Part shown: in pieces, positions 1-8,844 of the stretch | How the letters are laid out: each line of letters starts with the position of its first letter | Position numbering within the stretch: position 1 is the first letter of the stretch | Origin: an uncultured Acidobacteriota bacterium | Lineage (GTDB): Bacteria; Acidobacteriota; Vicinamibacteria; Marinacidobacterales; Marinacidobacteraceae | DNA: 41,406 nucleotides | Assembly (NCBI GenBank): GCA_964347715.1 | Contig: CAYGAO010000001.1 | Span: 1 to 41,406 of the forward strand | Direction: 5' to 3' | Position numbers and translations under genes: made by a program | Notes under the pieces: model-generated | What the model was told of the DNA's origin: nothing | Databases searched by the model: none | The model's input: the letters and a program-made list of their open reading frames with translations, nothing else

Positions 1-116
1 AATCGCTGGCGCGATCCGTTCCGCCGTCTTTCGCGGGGAGGGAGGACCCTCCCCGTACCCCTCCCCGGCGGCGCTTCGCGCCGCGTCGGCGCACGAGGGA
101 CTTTCTCCACCGCCTG
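1..116 (-). mobile_element. MITE-like structured repeat, copy 1 (left arm only, cut by window start; has a 12-nt hairpin duplication)
   Basis: Its reverse complement aligns with the first ~115 nt of copy 1584..1792: CAGGCGGTGGAGAAAGTCCCTCG, then the GCGGCGC-GAA-GCGCCGC and GGGGAGGG-loop-CCCTCCCC hairpins. Confidence 0.85.
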
Positions 117-117
117 T

Positions 118-183
118 GAAGATCGCCGGGGCCCGAAGATCGCCGGGGCCCGAAGATCGCCGGGGCCCGAAGATCGCCGGGGG
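118..183. repeat. 17-bp perfect tandem repeat GAAGATCGCCGGGGCCC, about 3.9 units
   Basis: Units at 118-134, 135-151 and 152-168, with a partial unit at 169-183. The array starts 2 nt after the terminal repeat of element copy 1. Confidence 0.95.
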
Positions 184-542
184 ATGACGCCGTCGGATCA
201 TTCCGTCCGGGAAGTTCGGGGCGCCGCTGCGGGCGTGCGCCCCGGGCGGGGCCAGCTAGCTACGGGTGCGGATCCTCCGAGTGGTCCGCCGCTTCGCCCA
301 TCCCCGCCGCCAGCTCGCGGATCGGGGGCGCCCTTCCTTCTTGCCGCTCTCGGGGTGCTGTGTTAGCGTGTTTCCCGTTCATGAAGCGCGGGTCGGACGC
401 CTCTCCCCGTTCGCGCTCCCGCCGTCTTCCGTGCTGAGCCGGTCGGCCGGCCCGCTCGGCGGACGCCCCTTCCCGGACCGCCTCGGCGGGTGTGTCCCGG
501 CGCCTGGCTCTCGTCGCCGTGTCGGCCGGTAGCTCCCGCCCG

Positions 543-1583
543 ATGACCCGGATCCCGATCCCCGGAGGGGCCGGCCTCGCCTTCTTCGGCATCCGGGACC
601 GGAACCTCCGCTCGATCGAGGAGGACCTCGGGCTCTCGCTGTCGAGCCGCGGCGATGTGCTGCTCGCTTCCGGCCCGGAGGACCGGATGGCGCTCCTCGA
701 AGCCGCGCTCTCCGGGCTCGCGGCGCTCCAGCCGGATCTGGGCCAGCGCTGCCGGATCGGCGATGTGCGCGCCGCGATCCGGATCCTGGGGCAGGATCCG
801 GGGGCGTCGCTCCGGGAGTACTTCGTCGAAACGGTGGTCACTCCCTCTCCGGGCAAGACGGTCCGCCCCAGGAGCCTCCGCCAGCTCGAGTACCTCCGGG
901 CGATCCGGTCCCGGGATCTCGTCCTCGCGGTCGGGCCCGCCGGAACCGGCAAGACCTGGCTGGCGATGGCGGTTGCGGTCGAGGCGCTCCGCGCCCAGCA
1001 GGTTCGCCGGATCGTGCTCACCCGGCCGGCGGTCGAGGCCGGCGAGAAGCTCGGGTTCCTCCCGGGCGATCTGATCGACAAGGTGGATCCCTATCTCCGT
1101 CCGCTCTACGACGCCCTCCACGACATGATGGATGCGGAGAAGGCGCAGCGGCTGCGCGAGCGCGGCGTGATCGAGATCGCCCCGATCGCGTTCATGCGGG
1201 GCCGGACGCTGAACGACGCCTTCATCATCCTCGACGAGGCGCAGAACACCACCTCGGAGCAGATGAAGATGTTCCTCACCCGGATGGGGAACGGCACTCG
1301 CGCGGTGGTGACCGGCGATATCACCCAGAACGACCTGCCGCCCGGGCGGGTCAGCGGGCTCGTCGAATCGCTGGAGGTGATCGGCGATCTCGACGGGGTG
1401 GGGCTCGTCCGGCTCGGGGAGAGCGATGTGGTCCGCCACCGGCTCGTCCAGGCGATCGTGCGCGCCTACGCGCGGAGCGAGAAGGCGAGAACGCGGCTTC
1501 GGAGCGCACCGGAGCGGGGGACGGTGGCGGGTGCTCCGGAACGCTGGCGCGAGCCCGCGCTCGCGGCCTCCGAGCCGGTCTGA
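543..1583 (+). CDS. phoH: PhoH-like ATPase (YbeZ family)
   Basis: Frame of ORF 492..1583. Walker A is GPAGTGKT. PhoH-type blocks are present: RIVLTRPAVEAGEKLGFLPGD, PLYDAL, IAPIAFMRGRTLNDAFIILDEAQN, VVTGDITQ. ATG 543 is preferred; GTG 492 is the alternative start. Confidence 0.93.
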   Translation: MTRIPIPGGAGLAFFGIRDRNLRSIEEDLGLSLSSRGDVLLASGPEDRMALLEAALSGLAALQPDLGQRCRIGDVRAAIRILGQDPGASLREYFVETVVTPSPGKTVRPRSLRQLEYLRAIRSRDLVLAVGPAGTGKTWLAMAVAVEALRAQQVRRIVLTRPAVEAGEKLGFLPGDLIDKVDPYLRPLYDALHDMMDAEKAQRLRERGVIEIAPIAFMRGRTLNDAFIILDEAQNTTSEQMKMFLTRMGNGTRAVVTGDITQNDLPPGRVSGLVESLEVIGDLDGVGLVRLGESDVVRHRLVQAIVRAYARSEKARTRLRSAPERGTVAGAPERWREPALAASEPV

Positions 1584-1792
1584 CAAGCTGTGGAGAAAGT
1601 CCCTCGCGCGCCGACGCGGCGCGAAGCGCCGCCGGGGAGGGTTCTCCCTCCCCGCGAAAGACGGCGGAACGGATCGCGCAAGCGATTCGGGCCGCCATCC
1701 GGTGGGGGAAGCGCCCCGCATCCGCCCGGACGACGGAGTTCCCCATCGCTTCGAGGACGGATTCCCATGCGGGTCGTCTCATCCACAGGCTG
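1584..1792 (+). mobile_element. MITE-like structured repeat, copy 2 (complete, 209 bp)
   Basis: Terminal inverted repeats are CAAGCTGTGGAGAAAGTCCC and GGA..ATCCACAGGCTG. Direct CTGA repeats flank it at 1580-1583 and 1793-1796. It fills the whole phoH/pgpH spacer. Confidence 0.9.
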
Positions 1793-1800
1793 CTGAGCGG

Positions 1801-4086
1801 GTGATCTCCCCCGAAGGCGCCTCGCCGGCGCCACCCGCCCGAGAGCGCGCCGGGCGTCTTTCGCGGGTTTCGCTTCGGAGCGCCCTGCGGCGTTCGCAGG
1901 ACGCGCTCTTCTCCCGCACCGACTGGGTGGGCGGGCTGCTGGTGGCCGCGATCGGCCTCCTCCTCTGGCCGGACCTCGGTTTCCAGACGCCGCTCTACGA
2001 GGTCGGCGAGATCGCCCCGCGCACCGTCCGCGCGAGCGCCGACTTCACCTACGAGGATGCGGCGGCCACCCGCGAGCGGCGCCGGGAGGCGGTCGAACTC
2101 GTTCCGGATGTCTATGACTTCGACGCCCAGGCCCGCGAGCAGGCGCGGGGGCGGATCGCCCGGGCGTTCGCCTTCGGCCGCGCGGCGATCGCCTCGGGGG
2201 CGCACGAAGAGTCCGACTTCGCCGCGACGGTCTCCCGGCTGCTCGACGCCGAGGTGACCGCTCCCCAGCTCGATCTGCTCACCGCCTCGGGGTTCGCCGA
2301 CGAGGTGCGGCAGAACCTCGCGGATTCGGTGGCGAGCGTGCTCGCGCGCGACATCATCGAGGGAAAGGGAGCGCTCGCCGCGCTCGGTCGGCCGATCCGG
2401 CGCCGCGATCTCTCGACGGGAGCGTCGGTCGCGCTCCGGGACTACTCGAACGTGCTCTCGCTCGAGGAAGCGAGGAGCGCGGTCGAACTCCAGATCCTCG
2501 CGCTCTCGGAGCTGGCCAGCGGCCCCCGGCGCACCCTCGCCGAGCTCGCCGCCGCGCTCGTCCGGCCCACCCTGGAGCGGAACGCGGTGGAGACCACGCG
2601 CCTCCGCAGCGAGGCCCAGCAGGCGGTGGATCCGGTGGTCATCCAGGTGCGCCGCGGGCGGACCGTCGTCCGGGCCGGCGACGAGGTCACCGGGCTCGCC
2701 CGCCGCCAGCTGGAGGAGATGCGGTCGCCCGAGTCCGGCAGGTCCGGGTGGGCCGGCCTCGGGGCCCTCCTCTTCGCGTTCATCGTGGTGGCGCTCCTCC
2801 GCGTCCTGCTCCGACCCGCGCGGTCCGCCGAGCGCTGGGTCGGGCGCACGTTCGCGATGGGCGGCGCGGTCATCGCGCTGCACCTGGCGCTCACCCGGAT
2901 CCTCGGTTTCGTGAGCCGGGGGGCGGCGGCGCAGCTGGTGAGCGAGCCCTTCTCCGACCCCTCGGTCTATCTCTGGGTGATTCCGTTCGCCTCCGCCGCG
3001 CTCCTGATGGTGATCCTCGAGAACGAGGAGTCGGCGGTGGTCACCCAGGCGCTCTTCGCCGCGGCGCTCTCGATGATGACCGGGAACCCGATCCTCGGCC
3101 TCTTCGCGCTCCTCGGCGGCCTGGGCGCGATCTTCATCTACCGCCGCTCGGGGCCCGGGGCGTCGTGGATCCGGGTCGGGGCGCTGTTCGGCCTGATGGG
3201 GGCGGGACTCGTGATCGCGATCGAGCTCGTGGGCCGGGACTACGGGGGGTTTCCCCGCCTGCTGCTCGAGGCCGCGAGCGCCTTCACCGGCGGCCTGCTG
3301 GTGGCCCCGTTCGTCATCCTGCTGTTGCCGCTCTTCGAGAACCTCTTCGAGCGCACGAGCGAGATGCGGCTCATGGAACTCGCCAGGCGGGACAACCCGC
3401 TCCTGCGCCAGCTCGCGCTCAAGGCCCCCGGGACCTACCAGCACAGCGTCACCGTGGGCCTCCTCTCCGAATCGGCCGCCGACGCGATCGGCGCGAATTC
3501 CTCGTTCTGCTCGACCGCCGCGCTCTATCACGACATCGGCAAGCTGAACCGCGCCCGCTACTTCGTCGAGAACGCCGGCGGCGCGACGCCGCACGACGCG
3601 CTCTCGCCGGAAAAGAGCGCCGAGATCATCAGGAAGCATGTCACCGAGGGGATCGAGGCCGCCGAGCGCCTGAATCTCCCGAAGGATGTCGTGGATGTGA
3701 TCCCCCAGCACCACGGCACCAGGATCATCCGGGTGTTCTGGGAAAAGGCGAAGCAGCGCGCGGCCGCGACCGGGGAGATGCCCGACGAGGCGCTCTTCCG
3801 CTACCCCGGGCCCCGGCCCCAGACCCGGGAGGCAGCGATCATCATGGCCGCCGACAGCATCGAGGCCGCCGCGCGCAGCCTGAAGGACCCGACCCGCGAG
3901 AGCTTCGAGCGGGTGATCGACCGGATCATGGACTCGATCGTCGGGGACGATCAGTTCGGCGAGTGCGACCTCACCCTGAGCGACCTCGAACGGATCCGCG
4001 GCGCCTTCCTCTCGACCCTGCTCGCGATCCACCACGAGCGGCTCCCCTACCCGGGGTTCGACTTCGGGCGGCGGCGCCATGGCTGA
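1801..4086 (+). CDS. pgpH: 7TM-receptor HD-domain phosphohydrolase (PgpH/YqfF family)
   Basis: Frame of ORF 1426..4086. GTG 1801 is the first start after the repeat element. It has an extracellular N-domain, multiple TM helices, then the HD motif YQHSVTV...ALYHDIGK and HHG. Confidence 0.88.
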   Translation: MISPEGASPAPPARERAGRLSRVSLRSALRRSQDALFSRTDWVGGLLVAAIGLLLWPDLGFQTPLYEVGEIAPRTVRASADFTYEDAAATRERRREAVELVPDVYDFDAQAREQARGRIARAFAFGRAAIASGAHEESDFAATVSRLLDAEVTAPQLDLLTASGFADEVRQNLADSVASVLARDIIEGKGALAALGRPIRRRDLSTGASVALRDYSNVLSLEEARSAVELQILALSELASGPRRTLAELAAALVRPTLERNAVETTRLRSEAQQAVDPVVIQVRRGRTVVRAGDEVTGLARRQLEEMRSPESGRSGWAGLGALLFAFIVVALLRVLLRPARSAERWVGRTFAMGGAVIALHLALTRILGFVSRGAAAQLVSEPFSDPSVYLWVIPFASAALLMVILENEESAVVTQALFAAALSMMTGNPILGLFALLGGLGAIFIYRRSGPGASWIRVGALFGLMGAGLVIAIELVGRDYGGFPRLLLEAASAFTGGLLVAPFVILLLPLFENLFERTSEMRLMELARRDNPLLRQLALKAPGTYQHSVTVGLLSESAADAIGANSSFCSTAALYHDIGKLNRARYFVENAGGATPHDALSPEKSAEIIRKHVTEGIEAAERLNLPKDVVDVIPQHHGTRIIRVFWEKAKQRAAATGEMPDEALFRYPGPRPQTREAAIIMAADSIEAAARSLKDPTRESFERVIDRIMDSIVGDDQFGECDLTLSDLERIRGAFLSTLLAIHHERLPYPGFDFGRRRHG

Positions 4087-4612
4087 GCCGGAGGCGACGG
4101 CGGGGCGTCCGGAAGCGGGCCGGGGCCGTGACGACCGCCCTCCGGAACCGCCGTCCCCGGAGTTCACGGTCGAGAACCGACAGGACCGTTTCGTCGTGGA
4201 CCGGCGTCCGCTCGAGGCCCTGCTCGCCCGGGTGGCCGCGGAGGTGGCGCCCGAGGATCCGCGGGGCGCGACGCTGCGCATCGTCTCCGACCGGGACATC
4301 CGGGAGCTGAATCGCCGCTACCGGCGTCTCGACCGGGCGACCGATGTGCTCGCCTTTCCGGCGAGCCCGCCGCCGCCCGGGGTCGCCCCCGAGGAAGCCG
4401 CCTACCTCGGGGATCTGGTGATCTCGGCGGAGACCGCGGCCCGGCAGGCGGCGGCAGCCGGGCGTCCGCTAGGCGCGGAACTCGGCGCGCTCGCGGTGCA
4501 CGGCCTGCTCCACCTCGTCGGGTACGACCACGAGCGCGACCGGGGCGAAATGGTCCGGCTCGAGCGGCTGCTCTGTCTCCGCCACGGGCTCGCCGGAGGA
4601 ACCGCCGGGTGA
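4079..4612 (+). CDS. ybeY: rRNA maturation endoribonuclease YbeY
   Basis: Zinc motif HGLLHLVGYDHE. It sits in the conserved phoH-ybeY-corC-era neighbourhood and overlaps the upstream stop by 8 nt. Confidence 0.93.
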   Translation: MAEPEATAGRPEAGRGRDDRPPEPPSPEFTVENRQDRFVVDRRPLEALLARVAAEVAPEDPRGATLRIVSDRDIRELNRRYRRLDRATDVLAFPASPPPPGVAPEEAAYLGDLVISAETAARQAAAAGRPLGAELGALAVHGLLHLVGYDHERDRGEMVRLERLLCLRHGLAGGTAG

Positions 4613-5868
4613 CCGCGCTCTTCGTGGGGTTGCTCCTGCTCGCCGTCGCGCTCGTCGTCCTGTTCGCGGTCTTCGAGGTCGCGTTCTTCGCCTCGGGCCC
4701 GATCGCGGTGCGGGCGCTCGGGAGCGAGGGAGAGCAGGCGCGAGCGCTGCGCGAGCGCCTCGCCGATCCGCTCGCGGTGCTGATTCCGGCGCGCTTCGGC
4801 CTGCTCGTCGCCGCCGGCCTCGTGGTCGTCGCCCTCGCCGGCCTCGGGTTCGGGCTCACCCCCGGGTGGTGGATCCCGGGGGTGTTCCTGCCCGCGTGGT
4901 TCCTCGTCCGCGAGGTGGCGCCGGCGGCGATCCTGCTGCGCGACTCGGAGGAGGTGCTCCGCGGGCTGCTTCCTTGGTTCCGCGGCTGGGAGCGGATCGC
5001 CCGCCCCGGATCGGAGGCGCTCCGGCGGCTCCTCCGCCGCGCCGTCCCGCTCGTCGAGGAGGCCGGCGACGACGCCTCCGAAGAAGAGGTCGAGGCCTTT
5101 CTCGAGACCGGCGAGGAGGAAGGCATCCTCGAAGAAGAAGAGGCGGCGATGGTTCGGGGCGTCCTCGATCTCGACGAGATGCTCGTCCGCGAGGTGATGA
5201 CCGCGCGCCCGCATGTGGTCTCGGTTCCCGGAGGGGCGTCGCGCGCCGAGGTGGAGCGGCTGATCTCCACGAGCCGGCACCACCGGATTCCGGTCTTCGG
5301 GAACCAGGACCAGGTGATCGGGGTCGTGGACGCCGTGGATCTGGTCGCGGCGCCGCCCGCTACCGGAGAGCCCGAGCCGCCGCTCCGGAAGCTCCCGCTG
5401 CGGCGGGTCCCGGTGGTGCCCGAGACGAAGCGGGTGGACGATCTGCTGCGCGAGTTCAAGCTCGCCAAGGAGACCTTCGCCGTCGTGGTGGACGAGCACG
5501 CGAGCGTCTCCGGGATCGTGACGCTCCGCGACATCTCCGGGGAGATCGTGGGCGAGGTGCGCGAGGACGGCGGGCCCGAGGAAGCGGATCTGGTCGCCGA
5601 GGGAGAGGGTTCGTGGGTGGTCCGTGGCGAGGCGGAACTCGCCGAGGTCTCGCGCGCCACCGGTCTCGACCTCCCGGACTCGCTCGACGGGGCGGCGTTC
5701 GACACCGTTTGCGGCCTCGTCCTCGCCGCCTGGCAGCGGATTCCGGAGGTCGGCGAGGTGATCGAGCGCGACCGGGTCGCGTTCGAGATCCTCGAGGCCG
5801 ACGAGCGGCGCGTCCACCGGGTGCGCCTCCGCCGCGCCCCCCGCCCGGCCGGGCCGGCGACGGGCTGA
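4609..5868 (+). CDS. DUF21/CBS-pair/CorC_HlyC membrane protein (hemolysin-TlyC / CorC family)
   Basis: N-terminal TM helices, a CBS region (VMTARPHVVSV..., HHRIPVF, VIGVVD) and a C-terminal CorC-type domain. It overlaps the ybeY stop with GTGA. Confidence 0.88.
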   Translation: MTALFVGLLLLAVALVVLFAVFEVAFFASGPIAVRALGSEGEQARALRERLADPLAVLIPARFGLLVAAGLVVVALAGLGFGLTPGWWIPGVFLPAWFLVREVAPAAILLRDSEEVLRGLLPWFRGWERIARPGSEALRRLLRRAVPLVEEAGDDASEEEVEAFLETGEEEGILEEEEAAMVRGVLDLDEMLVREVMTARPHVVSVPGGASRAEVERLISTSRHHRIPVFGNQDQVIGVVDAVDLVAAPPATGEPEPPLRKLPLRRVPVVPETKRVDDLLREFKLAKETFAVVVDEHASVSGIVTLRDISGEIVGEVREDGGPEEADLVAEGEGSWVVRGEAELAEVSRATGLDLPDSLDGAAFDTVCGLVLAAWQRIPEVGEVIERDRVAFEILEADERRVHRVRLRRAPRPAGPATG

Positions 5869-6777
5869 GTGGAGCCCACAGCCCCCTCCGGGCGCCGGGC
5901 GGGATTCATCGCCCTCGTCGGCCTCCCCGGCGCGGGGAAGTCGACGCTGCTGAACCGCCTGGTGGGCGATCGGCTCGCGATCGTGAGCCCGAAGCCGCAG
6001 ACGACCCGGCGGCGGATCCTCGGGGTCGCGAGCCGTCCGGGGCTCGAGATGGTCCTGCTCGACACTCCCGGGATCCACCGGCCCCGGACCGGCCTCGGGC
6101 GGGCGATGATGCGGACCGTCACCGAGAGCCTCGGCGGCGCCGAGGTGGCGCTCTTCGTCGTGGACGGGACGCGGCCGGCCTCGCGGGAGACCCGGGACCT
6201 TCTCGCGCGGCTGAACGCGCTGCGGGGGCAGGGGGTCGTCGGGATCAACAAGACCGACATCGCCCCCGCCTCCCGGGTCCGGGCGCTCACGGACTTCTGC
6301 CGCGAGCGAACGCCGGGGCCGATCGTCGCCTTCTCGGCGCGGACGGGAGCGAATGTGGAAGGCGGCGGGTCGCTCGTGGGGATCCTCGGGAGCCTCCTGC
6401 CCTTCAGCCCGCGACTCTTCCCGGAGGGGCAGATCACGGACCTTCCGGATGCCTTCTTCGCCTCGGAGATCGTGCGCGAGCGGATGCTCGCGAACCTCCA
6501 TCAGGAGGTCCCCCATCACGGGGCGGTGCGCATCGAGGCCTACGACGACTCCGAGCCCCTCGTCCGGATCGCCGCCTCGCTGCTCCTCGACCGGGATTCG
6601 CAGCGCGGAATCGTGATCGGCAAGGGCGGCCGGATGCTGAAGCGCATCGGGACCGAGGCGCGCCGCGCGATCGAGAAGCGGCTCGGTCGGCGGGTGTTCC
6701 TCGGTCTCCAGGTCAAGGTCCGCTCGGGCTGGCGCGACAACCCCGGCATCCTGCGGGACCTCGGGATCCAGCCCTGA
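5869..6777 (+). CDS. era: GTPase Era
   Basis: G1 motif GLPGAGKSTL, then SPKPQTTR, G3 motif DTPGIH, G4 motif NKTD, and a C-terminal KH domain (GIVIGKGGRMLKRIG). Confidence 0.95.
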   Translation: MEPTAPSGRRAGFIALVGLPGAGKSTLLNRLVGDRLAIVSPKPQTTRRRILGVASRPGLEMVLLDTPGIHRPRTGLGRAMMRTVTESLGGAEVALFVVDGTRPASRETRDLLARLNALRGQGVVGINKTDIAPASRVRALTDFCRERTPGPIVAFSARTGANVEGGGSLVGILGSLLPFSPRLFPEGQITDLPDAFFASEIVRERMLANLHQEVPHHGAVRIEAYDDSEPLVRIAASLLLDRDSQRGIVIGKGGRMLKRIGTEARRAIEKRLGRRVFLGLQVKVRSGWRDNPGILRDLGIQP

Positions 6778-6916
6778 CCGGCGGCGCACCGGGCGCGGGG
6801 CCTCGTCCACCGCCTGCCGGCGCCGAGCGGCGACGGCCGGACCCCGAGGCGGCCGGGTCGGACGCCGGCGCCCCGCGATCCGCTTCGATCCGCGCCGCCG
6901 TTTCCGACGGAAATCC

Positions 6917-6945
6917 TTGACTCGGCGCGGGTCCCGGCGTACCCT
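6917..6945 (+). promoter_or_regulatory. Candidate sigma70-type promoter for rpsP operon (TTGACT-17 nt-TACCCT)
   Basis: TTGACT at 6917-6922, an exact 17-nt spacer, TACCCT at 6940-6945, about 60 nt upstream of rpsP. Confidence 0.35.
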
Positions 6946-7004
6946 TCGCGGCCTCGGAGGACTCGCCGGCGGCAGCCTCTCGTCCGGACTCCGACCCTTC
7001 TCCC

Positions 7005-7406
7005 GTGTTGAACATCAGGCTCGTCCGGACCGGCCGGAAACGCGACGCCCACTACCGGGTCGTCGTGTCCGATTCGGCGCGCCTCGGGCGCGTCGTCGAG
7101 ACCCTCGGCAGCTACCACCCTCGGGGTGGCGCCCCGATGGACTTCGAGGAGGGCGCGAATCGGCGGCTCGACCTCGGGCGGGTGCGGTACTGGCTCGGGT
7201 GTGGCGCCCAGCCGAGTCCCACGGTGCGGAGTTTCCTGAAGGGCGTGTCCCTGGACGCCTCCACCGGGGAGTCCCCGGCGGGGGACCCGGGCGAGACGCC
7301 TGCCGAATCGCCGGCCGAAATCCCGGCCGAAGCGCCGGGCGAATCGCCTGCCGAATCGCCTGCCGAGTCCGGGGAAGCACCCGCCTCCGAGCCCCCGGGC
7401 GCCTAG
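7005..7406 (+). CDS. rpsP: 30S ribosomal protein S16 with low-complexity C-terminal extension
   Basis: N-terminus LNIRLVRTGRKRDAHYRVVVSDSARLGRVVETLGSYHP. The tail is rich in ESPAE/PAE repeats. Confidence 0.93.
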   Translation: MLNIRLVRTGRKRDAHYRVVVSDSARLGRVVETLGSYHPRGGAPMDFEEGANRRLDLGRVRYWLGCGAQPSPTVRSFLKGVSLDASTGESPAGDPGETPAESPAEIPAEAPGESPAESPAESGEAPASEPPGA

Positions 7407-7517
7407 GCGCCGAGGGGAGCCGGCCCCGCGGCCCGGACGACGGCTCCCGACGGCGAATCAGACGAACCGAACCAGAGACCCGACTTCGACGAGCGTGACC
7501 CGAAAGTCCCCGACATC

Positions 7518-8084
7518 ATGGTTCCGAGCGTTGCGTCCCCGGCTCCCGGAGTGGAGGTGCGGGCCGAGGTGGTCGTCGGGCGGGTGGTCCGGCCCTGCGG
7601 ACGTCGCGGCGAAGTCGTCGTCGACCCGCTGACCGACGATCCGGCGCGGTTCTTCGATATCGAGACCGCCGAGGTCGGCGTTCCGGGGGCGGACGGGGTT
7701 CGCCGTTCGCTCGAGTCCGTCCGGCTCCATCGGGGCCGTCCGGTAGTCCGGTTCTCCGGGGTCGGGGACATCGGCGCCGCCGAGGGTCTCCTCGACATGG
7801 AGATCCGGATCCGCGCCTCGGAGCGAGCGCCGCTCGCGGACGGCCGCTTCTATCAGGACGACCTGATCGGCTGTCGCGCCGAGAGTGGCGGCGGCGAACC
7901 TCTCGGCGAGATCGTCGGAGTCGAGGACACCGCGGGTCCCTGCCTGCTCGTCCTGCGCGGCGAGGACGGATCCGAGGACCTGGTTCCGTTCGTCGAGGCG
8001 TTCTGCGTCTCGGTGGATCCCGCTTCCCGCCGGCTGGTCCTGGATCTGCCGGCGGGCCTTCTGGGGCTGAACCGTGCGCGTTGA
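7518..8084 (+). CDS. rimM: 16S rRNA processing protein RimM
   Basis: VVVGRVVRPCGRRGEVVV...F followed by a PRC-barrel-like C-terminus. It holds the conserved rpsP-rimM-trmD-rplS position. Confidence 0.88.
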   Translation: MVPSVASPAPGVEVRAEVVVGRVVRPCGRRGEVVVDPLTDDPARFFDIETAEVGVPGADGVRRSLESVRLHRGRPVVRFSGVGDIGAAEGLLDMEIRIRASERAPLADGRFYQDDLIGCRAESGGGEPLGEIVGVEDTAGPCLLVLRGEDGSEDLVPFVEAFCVSVDPASRRLVLDLPAGLLGLNRAR

Positions 8085-8844
8085 CATCCTGACCCTGTTG
8101 CCGGGGATGTTCGGCGAGGTCTTCGACCACGGCATCGTCCGGCGGGCGCGCCGCGCCGGCCGGCTCGACATCGAGGTCCACCCGCTCACCGGGTGGACCG
8201 ACGGGCGCTTCCAGCGCGCGGACGACGCGCCCTACGGAGGCGGCCCCGGGATGGTGCTGCGGGTGGAGCCGCTCCTCGGCGCCGTGGAGGACATCCGCGC
8301 CCGGGACCCCCGTCCGCCCCGGGTGATCCTCCTCTCGCCGAGAGGCCCCCGGCTCGGCCAGGAACTCGCCGGCGAACTCGCGCTCGAGTCGCGGCTGCTG
8401 CTCGTCGCCGGCCGCTATGGAGGCGTGGACGAACGCTTCCTGGCGCTCGGCGACGCCGAGGAGCTCTCCGTCGGCGACTATGTCCTCTCGGGCGGCGAGA
8501 TTCCGGCGATGGTCCTCGTGGACGCGGTCGCCCGGCTGCTTCCCGGCGCTCTCGGAGATCCGGAGTCGGCCGCCGGGGACTCGTTCGCCGACGGACTGCT
8601 CGGGCACCCCCAGTACACCCGCCCGCCGGTGTTCCGGGGGAGCCGGGTTCCCGAGGTGCTGCTCTCGGGAGACCACGAAGCGGTGCGGCGGTTCCGTCTC
8701 GGGCAGTCGCTCGCGCTGACCCGCCGCCGCCGCCCCGACCTCTTCCGGGCCCATGTCGGAGGAGCCGGCGCCGATGGATCCGCGGTCGCCCCGGTCGGCG
8801 CGCCGGCCGCGAGCGACGACGAACGACAGGAGGACCCCTCATGA
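8074..8844 (+). CDS. trmD: tRNA (guanine37-N1)-methyltransferase TrmD
   Basis: MRVDILTLLPGMF..., DDAPYGGGPGMVL, LLVAGRYGGVDERF, SVGDYVLSGGEIPAMVLVDAV. Confidence 0.95.
   Translation: MRVDILTLLPGMFGEVFDHGIVRRARRAGRLDIEVHPLTGWTDGRFQRADDAPYGGGPGMVLRVEPLLGAVEDIRARDPRPPRVILLSPRGPRLGQELAGELALESRLLLVAGRYGGVDERFLALGDAEELSVGDYVLSGGEIPAMVLVDAVARLLPGALGDPESAAGDSFADGLLGHPQYTRPPVFRGSRVPEVLLSGDHEAVRRFRLGQSLALTRRRRPDLFRAHVGGAGADGSAVAPVGAPAASDDERQEDPS

Noticed and set aside
118-183. The tandem 17-mers considered as a CRISPR array.
   Set aside because: The repeats are contiguous with no spacers, the unit is too short, and no cas genes are present.
340-470. The GGTGCTGTGTTAGCG... region upstream of phoH considered as SRP or another housekeeping RNA.
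   Set aside because: It lacks the conserved SRP domain IV motif (GGAAG...AGCAG-type symmetric loop). No convincing fold was seen.
1593-1606. The GAGAAAGTCCC motif considered as an RNase P RNA P4-like signature.
   Set aside because: It is a short match only. The rest of the element has none of the RNase P conserved regions, and the motif is repeated nine times.
1584-1792. The dispersed 209-bp repeats considered as a CRISPR array, integron attC sites, REP/BIME elements or fragments of rRNA or tRNA.
   Set aside because: The copies are kilobases apart and occur in both orientations. They are far longer than REP units and lack the attC core sites. They show no similarity to rRNA or tRNA features I can recognise.
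1590-1796. The 68-codon ORF inside each element ([18 protein letters not shown]...) considered as a conserved small protein gene.
   Set aside because: The peptide is low-complexity and Arg/Pro-rich. Almost every nucleotide difference between copies changes the amino acid. The opposite strand and other frames are equally open. Only the openness of the frame is kept as a hypothesis, not a functional peptide.
1351-4299. Very long antisense or out-of-frame ORFs, for example 1351..4299(-), 4164..6437(-), 10755..13631(-), 22012..24921(+) and 38036..41368(-).
   Set aside because: They are Arg/Pro/Gly-rich translations with no recognisable motifs. They lie opposite or out of frame to genes with clear family signatures. 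This is the expected artefact of stop-codon scarcity at this GC content.
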